In this document: positions 51,259 to 64,000 of the stretch, piece after piece
Numbering within the stretch: the first letter of the stretch is position 1
Layout of the letters: every line of letters starts with the position of its first letter
Assembly: GCF_030028105.1 (NCBI RefSeq)
Contig: NC_092379.1
Span: 23,553,821 to 23,617,820, forward strand
Source: Mobula birostris
Lineage: Eukaryota
Direction: 5' to 3'
Length of the DNA: 64,000 nt
Made by a program: the position numbers and the translations under genes
The notes under the pieces: generated by a model
Databases searched by the model: none
The model's input: only the letters and a program-made list of their open reading frames with translations
What the model was told of the DNA's origin: nothing

Positions 51259-52159
51259 CAAACTACTTGACCCTTTTTGAAATGAACCAGTTTCATTATA
51301 TTTTGAAAGGGTCATTTGCAATACCTTCCTGGTTAATTGACCCTAATTAGTAAAAATACTAAGTAGGTTTTATCAATGATGTCGTCTGTATCTGAATCTA
51401 GGAGATGTGGGAGAGGTCTTATATTAGCACTGATGATCAGTAATCGACAGGGATAAAGACATGAAGGATAGCGGTTAACGTGGTGGGTTGGATATAGAAC
51501 AGTTCTGAAAATGTGGCTTGGAACGCATATGGATGGATAACTTAACTCCCCAAAATCGGTGAAACGTTTTCCAGAATACTGTGGAAAACCAGGGAAATAT
51601 TGCTGCATCCCGATGGAGAATTTTACATCTTCGTGTTCACAGTTAAGGTGTCAAAACACTGGAGGACTCCTCGCGTTTTCTGTTATTTCAGCAGTATGGC
51701 TAAAATAGGCTGGTGAACCTAAAATCAGTGGTCGGTGGATGGAGTAAATTTTAAGGAGCAGGAATTTTGTAGATTTGGCAAAACGAAATACATAAAGGCA
51801 GTTCGCATGGTGTAGTGTGTGGTAAATTCTGCCTTACTAATTTGATTGATTTTGTAAAAGGAGAATACCGAGAAGACTTACGAAGCTAGGGCAATAGATG
51901 TCTCTACAAACTTCAGTAAGACGTTACCGATGGTCCTACCACTAAAGACGTGCGTGGTAGCATGATTCAGAATGATGCAGATGAGAGTCACAGCTATTTT
52001 GCTAATTGGATGCAAAATGGACTTTATGATAGGAATAAATTGGTAATGGTAAAATAATTTTCTTTTCTGATTGAATTCTAGTATCTGAATATATTAATAT
52101 TTAAATGCCATCAGCTCGCAGCAGCAATAGGACATATATCCCAATTTACTTTCAAAGAA

Positions 52160-52196
<37 letters not shown>

Positions 52197-52322
52197 TTGC
52201 TTTTCACCTTGGAGTCTACTCCTGTTCTCACATGACACAATTCAACCAGGTTTTCTTGATTTTTAAACTTACGAAGTTCACTCAGGGATATATTGCACAC
52301 AGCACAAGCAAAGTCGACTTAC

Positions 52323-52379
52323 GTGGAGTTACAGTCAGGCTGGTTCCTAATCCAAATGTTATTCGGTAGCTCTGACCCA
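52323..52379 (-). CDS. TRAJ: TRAJ (family A), GQSYRITFGLGTSLTVTP
   Basis: Donor 52317-22; cacagta 52380-86 / 12 / tcaaaaact 52399-407. Confidence 0.92.
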
Positions 52380-53164
52380 CACAGTAGTGGGCAGCCTCTC
52401 AAAAACTCGTGTGCTAGGCGCTATAGAAATGTAAACCTTTGTTTTGGTAATGATGGCTGTAGATTGCGGTGGTCCCAGGACTGAAACTTAGCAGGAGTTT
52501 CTTTTTTAAAAAAAATCTCGGGGTAGCAGAATTTGTTTTTGTTTTCTGATTAGAAAGAAACTCTTATGGACAGGAGGCCACTCTGTCACTCAGACCTGCC
52601 CCTCTATTCAACATGAACTGATTTGTCCCAGGTCCCATCTCCTCTTTTGCACGAGATCGTCATAAGCTTGAATTTTCCAATCACACAGAAATTCATCTAC
52701 TTACTCCTTCAATATCACCGATGGTCCACCTCTCACAATCAGTTGCGGTGTGGACTTCCAGAGATTCACTCGTCCCTGAAAGAATAAATCTCTAAATGCA
52801 CAGTTTCAAATAACAGATCCTTTCCCTTGCTTGTCCCTCATTTACTGGTCTTCAAATGGTGGAAACATCTTCTCATCTAACTGTCAAACCTTTTCGAAAT
52901 CCACACTTTTCAATAAGATCACCTATCGTTCTTCCAATAGATCGTAACTCTAACTTTTCAACATTTTGTACAAGGTGCGTGGTCGCACTAACAACTATTA
53001 TAACAGCTGTCGGCTTCAGATCCGTACAGTAGCTAAGCCAATATCAAGATACTATCAATCCCGCCAGCAAGGCCACAGAAAGACCAGAAAGTAAATATTT
53101 CTAGGCGGCAATAATGCCAAGCAGGAATAATGGACCAAGTGATTGGTGAACAAGGGTGACTTAC

Positions 53165-53221
53165 TTGGAGTTACAGTGAGCCTGGTTCCCGATCCAAATA
53201 TTACTTTGACGTTATTATTCG
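53165..53221 (-). CDS. TRAJ: TRAJ (family B), NNNVKVIFGSGTRLTVTP (identical to 47195-47251)
   Basis: Donor 53159-64; cacagtg 53222-28 / 12 / ccaaaaact 53241-49. Confidence 0.93.
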
Positions 53222-54685
53222 CACAGTGTGAGACGTCCACCCAAAAACTTGGCCCCATTGCCAGATGTGGCGTTTGGCTCATGAGATTCTGTGCACATAG
53301 ATATGATATTCATACTTCTCATTGTGGAGGGGAATTGTATTCTAGGGAAAGACCCAGGGGCAGGAATCAACAATTTGGTTCTCCTTGCTGGCTCTGTCAC
53401 TCAGTACAATCATGACGATCCACCATCTCAATGCCATACACCACTTCAGGGTGCTTTTTGCATAGGGATAATTATCGGGAAATAAGTGACAGAGCACTGC
53501 ATTTGAGATATAATGGTAACATTCCATACATGCAATTCCTGACAATCTATCTGTCAAGAGTAAGCACTTTTCTGTCTATATGTTGTCAGTCCGTGTACTA
53601 ACCTACCTACCCATCTATCGATCTATCTGTATTTTCCCATGCATCAGAATGAATCAGAATCTCTTTGTCTGTGTACCTGTCGCTTCGTCCATTCGTCTGA
53701 ATCTCGATTAATCTGTCTGTCCAACTAGATTATAGGTTACGGTGAATATTTGCTATCCTAGTCTGTGAGACCTGAAAATGGTTTTGAAAGAAGAAGGAAG
53801 TGTTGAACGAGTCACACAGAATACTTGTCTTCATTAGCTAGGCAATAGAATACAGAAGCAGAAAGGTTATGGAACAAGTTTTCAAAAGATTGGTTTGGTC
53901 ACTCTTGGAATATTCTTGGAATGTTGTGCACGCCTCACTATAGGAAGGATTTGGTTGTGTTGGAGAGTGTGCATAAAAGATTCGTGAGGTTGTCGCCCAG
54001 GTTGGGGCGTTTCAATTATGATTGATAACGTCAGTTTGTTGCTTTTGGAGCTGGCCAACTAAAGTTCATGAAAAAGGTACTTAAAGTTAGAGGACATAGG
54101 TTTAGGGAACGATTAGAGCTCTTAGGGTTATCCAAAGAGGGTTTTTTTTCACCCAGAGGATGGATGGGTCAGTACGCATGTTATTTAAGAATTATGTAGA
54201 GGATAGCGTGAATGGTCAAATGATCAAAGTGTATAGGCGATTAATTCGTAATTGAGTAGGTAGAAAGCTGATGATTGGCTTGAATATGATGTGCTGAAAG
54301 GCCGCATGTCTTGCATTCTAACTTTTATATTACCTTAAAATTCTGTGAGTTAGTTGCATATTTTGCCTGGTTTGACATATGCGGCTTCCATTCTCGGCAT
54401 AATAAATAGCATGTCCTGCATTTCCTTCACTGAGGAAGAGAAACTCAGTCATTTTGCTTTCTGTGTTCCAAAAAGAGTCTTGTTCCACTTCTAAACATTA
54501 ATTTACTGCCCATTCCATAGTCTACGCAGGAAAAGAAACTCTTGCACAAATATCCGCTGACTAACTCATTGTAGTGTTTCAAAAAGAAATCAGTCCGTTT
54601 ATTCCAGCGAATGCCAAATTCAGGCATATGAATGCGGATTACCATCATAAACCGTCTATGTTAAGAGCAGCTGAGGGTGACTTAC

Positions 54686-54742
54686 TTGGAATCACAGGCA
54701 GTCTAGTTCCCGATCCAAAGGTTAATGGTAAGTTGCCATTCA
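54686..54742 (-). CDS. TRAJ: TRAJ (family C), NGNLPLTFGSGTRLPVIP
   Basis: Donor 54680-85; cacactg 54743-49 / 12 / acaataacc 54762-70. Unusual T>P in the G strand. Confidence 0.88.
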
Positions 54743-55949
54743 CACACTGTTGGAGAACATTACAATAACCCAGAGCCACTGAGGGACTCATTATGGGAAA
54801 TATTAGTGAGTCCACTTAAATACAATGTTTGCTCTGCTTCATTATAAACCACAAATGCAACTTATGTAAGCGACTGCTGATACATTATTTTACTTCTATT
54901 TGCTAATGCATGCAATAAGTTATTAATGGACGTATTAGCCCAGTCACGAAAATTTACAACGCAGAAACAGATCCATCCTAGCACTTATCCATTCAGCTAT
55001 CTATTTGTCTATATACATTTTGCCATTCATCAGCCTGTTTGTTTTCCCGTAACCGTCTCTGACTCTGCATATTTCAGTTATTCTATTCATGTGAATCTCG
55101 ATTCATCGGTCTGCCTGTTTGTCTGTCTTACTAGATTGTAGGCTATAGTTGATACTTTTTCCCAGTCTGTGACATCTGAAAATGGTTTTCAAAAGAAGGA
55201 GAAAGTGTTGAAGCAAGCATACAGAGTACTTGTCTTTACCAGCCAGATAACAGCAGGAAGGTTATGGAACATATTTACAAACGATTGGTTTGGTCACTCT
55301 TGGAATATTCTACAGCCAGTCTATAGGAAGGATTTGATTGTTTTGGAGTGTGCCAAAAAAGATTAATCAGGCTGCTGCCCAGGATGAAGAGTTTTAGCTA
55401 TAACTGATAGCCCCAGTTTGTGTCAAAATTTGGCTATGGCAAAGATACTTAAAGATAGAGAACATAGGTTTAGAGAGGATTAGATCTTTTATGGTTATTC
55501 ATAGAGAGAGCTTTCATCTAGTGGATGGTTGGGATCTGGAATGCACTGCTCAAAGTGGTGGAAGCAGTACGCACAGTGTTTCAGAATTATGTAGACGACA
55601 ACTTGAATTGCCAATTCATCAAGTTCTCTGGGGATCCGTTGAAAAATGGGTAGGTAGAAAGCTCATTATTGGTGTGGATATGTTGAGCTGAAACAGCTCA
55701 TTCTCTGCACTGTAACTTTTATATTAACTTCAAATTTAATATAAAAAATAAAAAAAAACATTAATTTGTTGCTCATTCCATACTTCATACAGCAACTGAA
55801 ACTTATATAACAAATATCATCTGACCAACCCATTATAGTACCTGAAAAAGAAAACAACCTGGTTATCGCAGCAAATCCTAAATTCAGGCACATTGGAGCT
55901 AATTATGCTTATAAACCTTCCATGTTAGCAGCAGGTGCGGGTGACTTAC

Positions 55950-56006
55950 TTGGAATTACAGTCAATCTGGATCCTGGTCCAAAGGTTAGTGGTAAGTTGT
56001 TATTCA
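55950..56006 (-). CDS. TRAJ: TRAJ (family D), NNNLPLTFGPGSRLTVIP
   Basis: Donor 55944-49; cacaccg 56007-13 / 12 / acaataact 56026-34. Confidence 0.88.
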
Positions 56007-56884
56007 CACACCGTTAGATAACATTACAATAACTCGGATCCAGTAAAGGACACTTTATGGAAACTATAATGTCTGCCCTGTTGCATTATAAAACAGAAAC
56101 ATAACTAATGTAAGCATTTGCAGATACATCATTTTACTTCTATTTGCTAAAGTATGTATCAATCTATGAATGGACATATTAGCTCAGTCACAGAAAAATT
56201 CATCTTAGAAACAGACCCTTCCGCCCAGCAAGTCTTGCTGACCATCAAACACTCGTTTGCACTAATTCTATTGTCTTACAGCACCGACACTGGCCCTTAG
56301 GCCGAATCAGTCGTCACCGACCTTCTTGTACCCAATTACAGCATTGTACCCTAGCTATTTTCTCTTCCCAAATTTTCATGAAATCCTTTCAGATTCCAGC
56401 ACTCTCCCACACACTGGGGGAAATTTACAGTAACCAATTACCCATCCAAGGCAGTCGGAGAAAATCTACAGGGTCGCAGGAAAATCAGGCCAACTGCACA
56501 CATTCAGCTGTGTAGCCGAGGATGGAAATTGGATCTCTGGAGCTGTCGTGGCGTTGCCAGTTTCCTCACTCTGCCATCTCATCTATTTGTGACATATATT
56601 TCTTTCTGACTTTCTATTAACTCTGTTTTTCTCCCCACCGGTCCATCTAAACAGAAAAACTTTTCAATAAAAATGTGCGTTAACCAGTTATATTTTCAAC
56701 TAATCTTTGAGAAGGTAACCATTTAGTGAAGGAACATATTTATCTGAAAGTAATTGACCTACAACGATACTGAAAGCTAACTAATTTGTTTAAGGGTTAG
56801 AAGTTGCACCAAATCATATTTTCAAACATGTTATGTCCCAACTTTACACTTCTTTCTTCAATTTAGACAAATATGAACTCTTAC

Positions 56885-56946
56885 TGGGTTCCATAGTATA
56901 TTGGTCCTACTCCTGAATAATAACTTGTTATTGCCTATGTGATTCA
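56885..56946 (-). pseudogene. TRAJ: TRAJ pseudogene (family E), NHIGNNKLLFRSRTNILWNP
   Basis: FRSR replaces FGxG; 1-nt deletion (phase 0); heptamer caaagta 56947-53; donor GTAAGA. Confidence 0.72.
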
Positions 56947-57294
56947 CAAAGTACTTGACTCTCTTTGAAAAGTATCCGCTTCAGTTTTAAAACCTTCCTT
57001 GTTAATTGACGCTAAATGATAAAAAATATTAAGTTAAGTTTTATCCCTGAGACCAACGATAGTATTTCCACAGAAACCAGCCCAGTTGTCTTTCTACAGA
57101 CACATCAAAAACCTGAAGTAGTTTACAGCCAATGTAGCTTCTGAAGGTTTAGCCACCTCTTGTGCAGAAAGGTTCAGTCCGAACCTTGCAGTCCAAACTG
57201 TCCCAAAAGATGCCGTCTATTTTTGAATCTAGTGTATGAGGGCGACGTCTTAAATTAGTACTGCTTGTCAGTAATCGCCAAGGATATGGACATG

Positions 57295-57436
57295 NNNNNN
57301 NNNNNNNNNNNNNNNNNNNNNNNNNNNNNNNNNNNNNNNNNNNNNNNNNNNNNNNNNNNNNNNNNNNNNNNNNNNNNNNNNNNNNNNNNNNNNNNNNNNN
57401 NNNNNNNNNNNNNNNNNNNNNNNNNNNNNNNNNNNN
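57295..57436. other. Assembly gap (142 N)
   Basis: N run. Confidence 1.
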
Positions 57437-58290
57437 CAGAATACTATACAAAACAAAGGAAATATTACTGAGATTCTGATGGAGATCTTGCATCTTCTGT
57501 AGTCATAGGTGAGGTGTCAAAACTTTGGAAGTCACCTAGCTTTTTCTATTATTTCAGCAATATGGCTACAGCAGAGAATTACAGGGGTGAGCCTAAAGTC
57601 AGTGGTCAGTGGTTGAAAAAAATTCTAAGGAGCAGGAATTCTGTACATTTGGGAAAACAATGATACATAAAGTAGTCAGCATGGTATAGTGTGGTAAATT
57701 TTGTCTCACTAATATGATTGATTTTTTTGAGGAGGCAGCTAAGACTTATGAAGGCAGGATAGTAGACGTTGCCTATATGAACTTCAGCAAGGCTTCCCTG
57801 ATGGTTCTACCACAAAATTCTACGTGATCAAGAATGGTTAAGGTAGATGAGAGTCATGGCGATTTAGCTAATTGGATCCAAAATGGACCACGATAGGCAA
57901 TAGGTAATGGTAGAAAATATCTGATTGAAATTCTGTACAGTATCCGAATATATAAATTGATCGAAAATGTCAGCTGCTAGGGACAACAATTTTGCCATTT
58001 TATATTCAAAAAGAGGAGCAGTATATATTTTCGCGTTTCAGCCTGCCTGGGTTTGCTGTTTCTCTCTGATCTGACTTCCGTGGTTTTTCTTTGTTTTGAG
58101 GCTACCTGGAGAAGAATAACTTCAGAGTGCTGCATCAATACTTTGATAATCAATGAACCTTTGAGCTTTTAGAACCTTTGGATTATATGCCTTTTGTCAC
58201 CTGACACAATTCAGCCAGATTTTCCTGATTTCACACTTACAAAGTTCTCTTAGTGATAATTTGCACACAATACAAGCAAAGTCGACTTAC

Positions 58291-58347
58291 GCGGAGATAC
58301 AGTCAGGCTGGTTCCTAATCCAAATGTTATTTCATAGTTGCCACCCA
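58291..58347 (-). CDS. TRAJ: TRAJ (family A), GGNYEITFGLGTSLTVSP
   Basis: Donor 58285-90; cacagta 58348-54 / 12 / acaaaaagc 58367-75. Confidence 0.92.
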
Positions 58348-59134
58348 CACAGTAGCGGATAGCCTCACAAAAAGCACGTGTGATTGGAACTATAGATATG
58401 TAAACCTTTGGGACTGGTGGCTACGGAATTTGATGGCCCCAGGACTGAAATTTACCAGGATTCGCTATTTATTTTTAATCTTGGGTTTGCAGCAGCTGCT
58501 TTTTTTTTTCGGATGACAAAGAAACACTTAAGAACCAGGAATAGGCCACTCGGTCCCTCGGACCTGCTCCACTATTCAACATGAACTGATTGTCCCCAGA
58601 CTCCATCTACTCTGCTGTACGAGATTTGCTCTGTATTTTCCGATCTTCCAGAATTATATCTAATTAGTCCTTCAATATCGTTGATGGTCCAACCCTTACA
58701 ACCGGCTGTGGTATGGAATTCCAGCGATTCACTCTCCATGAAAGCGTAAATCTCCAATTCCACAGCTTCAAATTAAAGATCCCTTCCCTTGTTTGTCCCT
58801 TATTCAAAAATGTTAACTGGTGGACACATCTCCTCATCAAACTGTCAAGCCTTCTCGGAATCTTACACGTTTCAATAAGATCACCCATCATTCTTCTGAC
58901 ATGTCTTTAATCTAACTTTTCAACACTTTGTACAAGGAGGATGGTCGCACTACTGAATATTATAGCACTGTCTTCGTCAGATGCAAGCAGTGTCTGACCT
59001 AATACCAAGATACGTATATGGTATCAATCCCACCAGTAAGTCCACAGAAAGCATCTCACTGTTAATATATCTAGACGATAATGATGCCAAGCGGGAACAA
59101 TGGACCAAGTGTTTGAAGAACAAGGGTGACTTAC

Positions 59135-59191
59135 TCGGAGTTACAGTGAGTTTGGTTCCGGATCCAAAGATTACTTTGAGGTTGTCATTCA
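59135..59191 (-). CDS. TRAJ: TRAJ (family B), NDNLKVIFGSGTKLTVTP
   Basis: Donor 59129-34; cacagtc 59192-98 / 12 / ccaaaagcg 59211-19. Confidence 0.9.
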
Positions 59192-60701
59192 CACAGTCTG
59201 ACACCTCCACCCAAAAGCGGTCATTCGTGGCGTTTGGCTCATGGGATACTGTACACATAAATATGATGCTCACACTTCTCATTTTGGAGGGAAATTGTAT
59301 TCCAGAAAACAGGCACAGGGGCAGGAATCAACTGTTTTTCCCTCCGAGTTGGTTCTGTCATTCAATGCAATCATGGTTGATCCACCATCTCAGTGCCATA
59401 TACTATATCTGGGCGCTTTTTGCAACGATATAATTACTGCCAATAGTGATAGAGCATTGCATTTGAGATATAATAATAACATTGCATCCATATTATTCCT
59501 GTCGATCTTTCAGGAGTCAGCATCTATCAGTCTATATGCTGGCTGTTCTTGTATCTACCTGCCCATCTATCAATCTACCGATACTACACCATGCATCAGA
59601 CTGAATATTCCCCTCATACACCTCTCAGTCTCTCAAGTATCTTTTACAGTAGTTCGCCCATTCGTCTGACCCTCAATTCACCAGCCTGTCTATCTATATA
59701 CTAAATTATAGGTTACAGTCGAAAATTACTTTCCTAGTCTGTGAGTTCTGAAAGTGATTTTTAAAAGAAGCAGAAAATGGTGAAAGAGGCAAAAGGATCA
59801 TTTGCCTCAGCTGTAATGTTATTAAGCGTTCTGTACGTCTCACTACAGGAAGAATTACTCGCACTGGAGAGCGTACAGAGAAAGTTCACCTGGTTGCTGT
59901 CTGGGATAGAACGTTTCGGTATGTTGTGAGACTGTATAGTCTGGGTTTGACTACTTTGAAGCGAGGGATATTGAGTGGAGGAAGGACCTGATAACTGTGC
60001 GCACAATTATGAGGCATTAAGATACAGTAGCAAACATTCTCCTGTAGCAAAATTAAACAACAATAGAGGACAAAGGCTTAGGGAAATATAAAAATCCTTG
60101 TGGGAATAATTGGAGGATCGTGTTTTTTTTCCACCATGAGGATGGCTGGTATCTAGAACACATTGCTTGATGGAGTGAAATAAGCAGTACTCACAACATT
60201 TAAGAAATACGTAGACGAGGACTGGAATCCCTGAGACATGAAAGGACATGAACGAAGTGCTTTTATTTCTGAATAATATAGGTAGAAATTCGAAGATTGT
60301 GGTAGTTGTGATGGACTGAATAGATTGATTCTGTACAATCTAAGGGTAATTTTGCTCTCAAATCCTGCGAGTTAATTGCAAATTTTACACTTTTTCTTCG
60401 AAGATAGAGCTTCCATTCTCTGCTTAACTAATTAAATGTCTTGTGTTTTCCTTTACTGAGAAAGGAAGACACTGCTAGTTTGCTTACTGGATTCCACGAA
60501 GATTTTTGTTTCTCTTCCAAACTTTAATTTGTTGCCCATTGGGTAATATATACAATGCCTGATCTTCTTACAGAAAATACCCGCTGGCTAACCCCTTACA
60601 GTATTTAAAAAAAAAGAAGGCAAACTAGCTATCAAAATGAATCTTAAATGTCGGTAATAACGATAAGCAGTCTGTGCTAACAATGAGTGTTGGCGACTTA
60701 C

Positions 60702-60758
60702 TTGGAATCACATTCAGTATGGTTCCTGATCCAAATGTTAATGGTAGGCCACTATTCA
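60702..60758 (-). CDS. TRAJ: TRAJ (family C/D), NSGLPLTFGSGTILNVIP
   Basis: Donor 60696-701; cacactg 60759-65 / 12 / acaataacc 60778-86. Confidence 0.91.
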
Positions 60759-61580
60759 CACACTGTTAGATGGTCTTACAATAACCCTGAGCTATTAAGG
60801 GAAATATTAATGAGTGCACCCAACTATAACGTTTGCTTTTCTTCTTCGTAAACTACAAATTCAATTTGTATAAGTAATTGCTGATATCTTACTTTAATTT
60901 TCTTTGCTAACGTAGGCATCAGTTGAGGAGTGGACATATTAGCTCATAGTCACAAAATGATATAACTCAGAAACGCGCCATTCAGCTGAATGAGTCCGTT
61001 CTGACCATCAAACACTAATTTGTACTAATCATAGGATCATACAACACAGATTGAGGCCGTTTGGCTCAATGAATCTGACTGACCCTCTTGCACATCAGCT
61101 CCTTTCAGATTCCAGCAGCAATTTGCAGTAACGAATTAGACTACTAACTTCTCTTCCTTTAGAACGAGGGAGGAATTACAACAATCCTGTAGATCACAGG
61201 AAGAACCTGCAAACTCTGTGCAGTCATCCCAGGAACTAAAGATGGAATGTGGATCTCTGGAGCTGTAGTGGCTTTACCACCTTCTCCACTGTGCCATCTG
61301 TGTGTGACGTTTATCTCTTCAATTTTCTATTCTCCCAAAAAAGATCTCCCCATCCATGCACTGATACATGAAGTTCAAGTCCTTTCAATTAAAGAGTGTG
61401 TATTTCAATTTTATTTTCATCTGGTTATCAAGAAGGAAATAATTTGGAAAAGAGAATATATTTTGCCTCAGCCAAATTGACCTGTAACTAGATTTACGGG
61501 TTGGAAGTTGCTTCAAGCTACATTTTCATGCCGTATGTGTTACAATTTATGTTTCATGATCTACAAATGTAAACACTTAT

Positions 61581-61643
61581 TGGGTTCCATAGTCACACTT
61601 GTCCCAATCTCAAAAATTAAAGTGTTATTACCCATATAATTCA
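61581..61643 (-). pseudogene. TRAJ: TRAJ pseudogene (family E), NYMGNNTLIFEIGTSVTMEP
   Basis: FEIG motif; donor mutated to ATAAGT; heptamer cataatg. Confidence 0.75.
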
Positions 61644-62779
61644 CATAATGATTGACCCTCTTTCAAATATATCCGCTTCACTCTCTTTCATCCAATTCAT
61701 CCTACTTTGTGAAGGGCCTTCCTCGTTAACTGACCCCAATTGATGTCAATATTTTGTAAGTTTTATCCCTGAGAACAACCACCGTAATTCCATAGAAACC
61801 AACTAAATGTCCAAAGGATTGTATTTCTATAGCATGCCTCGCATCCCTAACTCAGTTCACTGTCAATACAGCACTTTGAAAGATTAGCCACTGCCAGCTT
61901 GTGGAAAAAAGGATAACAAATATATTTTCCAGATGCAACAAGCCAGCTCCGCATGTAAACGTTGGTGCTAACTCCCAAAATGACCCTCGAATTATGCAGA
62001 GTCAAGACAGTTCTTCACTGGACATTTGCAGGCGATGGGACGTGGGGTTGTGAGAGACTGTGAGGGACTTTGAGATGGCCGAGATAGGGCAATGCAGTAA
62101 ACTGCAGGGGCTGTATTAAAGATTTTGCTGACTAGGCAAATAAATACCAACAACCTCAGCAGCAATTAAAGAGGAGAAGTCTGCTATAATGGAAATAATA
62201 TGCTCATAATTAGTTTTGAAATATAGCGGCCATTTTAACAAGTATTACTTTTCAGTGAATGAATGAGCTTACATTGGAATCATTTACCGCTTGCATTCTC
62301 CATCCATTTTAACTTCCTCTTTTTATCTTCTCTTATATTATTTTCCTGCACATTTTTCTCTATCTCTGCAGGTCCACCGATCAACATAACCGTCATAACA
62401 ATCGTTTCATATTGAACATGATTTGCAACACCCTCTGGGTTTGATTTAAGAGATAGAGCAGACAAATGACATTTTCCTACTTTTTATGAAAAAAAAACAC
62501 ACAAATATGTTTTAAGCAAAATTGCTGCAAAATAACGATTGTTTCACACTTACTAGGTTCCACAATCAGTCTCGTTCCACTTCCAAATACCAGCTTGTCT
62601 CCCGCTCCATAATTCACACAGTACCTGATTCTCATACAATAACACCACTAGCCAATCCATGTTGTTTTTCTGAAAATCTCAGCACACAACGACCTCCTAA
62701 CAGAAATATCTCTGGTCAATCTCTGGTCAATTAGAAATAATAAAGGATTTTTAAAAATTTGGAACCAAGAGTAACTTAA

Positions 62780-62836
62780 TTGGAATTACAACGATTTTGG
62801 TCTCTGATCCAAAAAATAGTCTGTAATTATTGTTCA
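62780..62836 (-). pseudogene. TRAJ: TRAJ pseudogene, NNNYRLFFGSETKIVVIP
   Basis: FGSE motif; donor mutated to TTAAGT; degenerate heptamer; nonamer-like ataaaacc ~62856. Confidence 0.75.
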
Positions 62837-64000
62837 CATGGAGACATTCACTCACATAAAACCTCTGTGCCATTACCAGTTGCTTTTTACCGTATACAGC
62901 TAAATATTACTTTCATGCTGCAGATTAAGAGATAAAACTACTGACTACTATTGATGATATTAAGAGACTTACAGGAATTACGAATGAATCTTAAAATTAT
63001 TCATTATTAATCACATGATTATGAATGCTTTTAATATGTGCTTGTCATGATTTCATCAATCTGTCTATTTCTCTATATTAAAACAGAAAGTGCAGGGAAA
63101 ATTAACAGGCTTAGTGGCGTCTGTGGAAGCAGAACAGGAGTTATTTATAAGCTTGATCAAGAGCCTTTGACTTGAAACTTTATCTCTGCTTCTCTTTCCA
63201 TGGCTGGTGTCTGACCTGCTGAGTGTTTCCAGTATTTTATGTTTTTACAGTTACAGAGCTGGACAGCAGAGAAGCTAGTCCAATAGCCTAACATTTTTAT
63301 CCCTCCCTTTTGCCCGTCTATATTAATTCAATTTCCTGGCATGACCACCATATCTTATCACTTGCCTGTTAATATGTCTCTCTAAATGACACTACCTACG
63401 GGATTTTATTTCATTCCACCACCTCTTCTAGCAGTCATTCCAGATATCAATCACTGTGTGAAAAAAAATAATCACCTCCCCACAGAACCCCTATGAAGCT
63501 CCGTCCCCCACTTTAAACCCTCTCCCCATTGTTTTTGATGTCACGACCATAGGAAATATTTACTATTTACGCAATCTGTCACCCTCAGAATCTTATATAT
63601 CTCAACCAGAATTTGTGTTAACTAGTGTATATCGACTCTGTTTACTAAATGGATAGTTGAGTACTTCATGATACTTTATTGCCAACTTTAAGTTCTTACA
63701 GCAATTAACATTGTTGTATAGTCTTTGGTTTGCCAAGAATGAGAACATAATCATACTTCCTATGTTTATTGGTCGATACACTTAGGCTTGTTTCCATTCT
63801 CGTTTCCTGAAATTCTCATATGAAATTCCAAATAACCTTTCCTTATTTTGGGGATCTGGGCAGAGCTGGTCAATCAGCATTTATTGCCCTTGAGAAAGTG
63901 GCAGTAATTTAGAGCATGAGGGAAGCGTCTCTTGATAGGACAACACTCCGACCCATGAATTAGCCTGGGGATTTTCATTTGGACTGCTAATGACACTATA

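Larger units (their letters stand above)
39300..61750. repeat. Tandem segmental duplication of a ~4.7-6.1 kb J-containing block (about 4 units)
   Basis: The same order of J families and shared intervening CR1/SINE relics recur. Offsets include 47189>53159>59129 (5970 each; the last interval spans an N gap) and E copies at 44995, 51072, 56885, 61581. Confidence 0.92.

Noticed and set aside
58981-59669. 150-aa and 142-aa plus-strand ORFs in the J array
   Set aside because: They are antisense to a J and its flanks, and not conserved as ORFs in the paralogous units.

Overview
Vertebrate genomic DNA, most likely a cartilaginous fish (shark/ray-type CR1, Penelope-like and Rex/Babar repeats). It contains the 3' end of a T-cell receptor alpha locus on the minus strand. 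The constant gene TRAC is complete: C-domain exon 33145-33426, 45-bp hinge exon 32165-32209, TM/cytoplasmic exon 31333-31440 and a probable non-coding exon starting at 30871. Upstream (40.1-62.9 kb) lie 20 recognisable J segments: 12 look functional and 8 are defective. Functional ones have a 12-bp-spacer RSS, an FGxG motif and a GTAAGT donor. The J array was built by tandem duplication of a ~5-6 kb block of 4-5 Js, followed by pseudogenisation, transposon insertion and apparent gene conversion. An apparently intact tRNA-Lys(UUU) gene sits in the J-C intron. Downstream of TRAC are two clusters of RUNX/ETS/GATA/CRE motifs (candidate TCR-alpha enhancer), a 31-bp G-rich satellite and nested decayed retroelements. 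Most ORFs in the supplied track are repeat artefacts. No V or D segments were seen. I found no wholly new biological system; the best leads are locus evolution, candidate regulatory elements and hammerhead-ribozyme-like motifs in Penelope-derived repeats.
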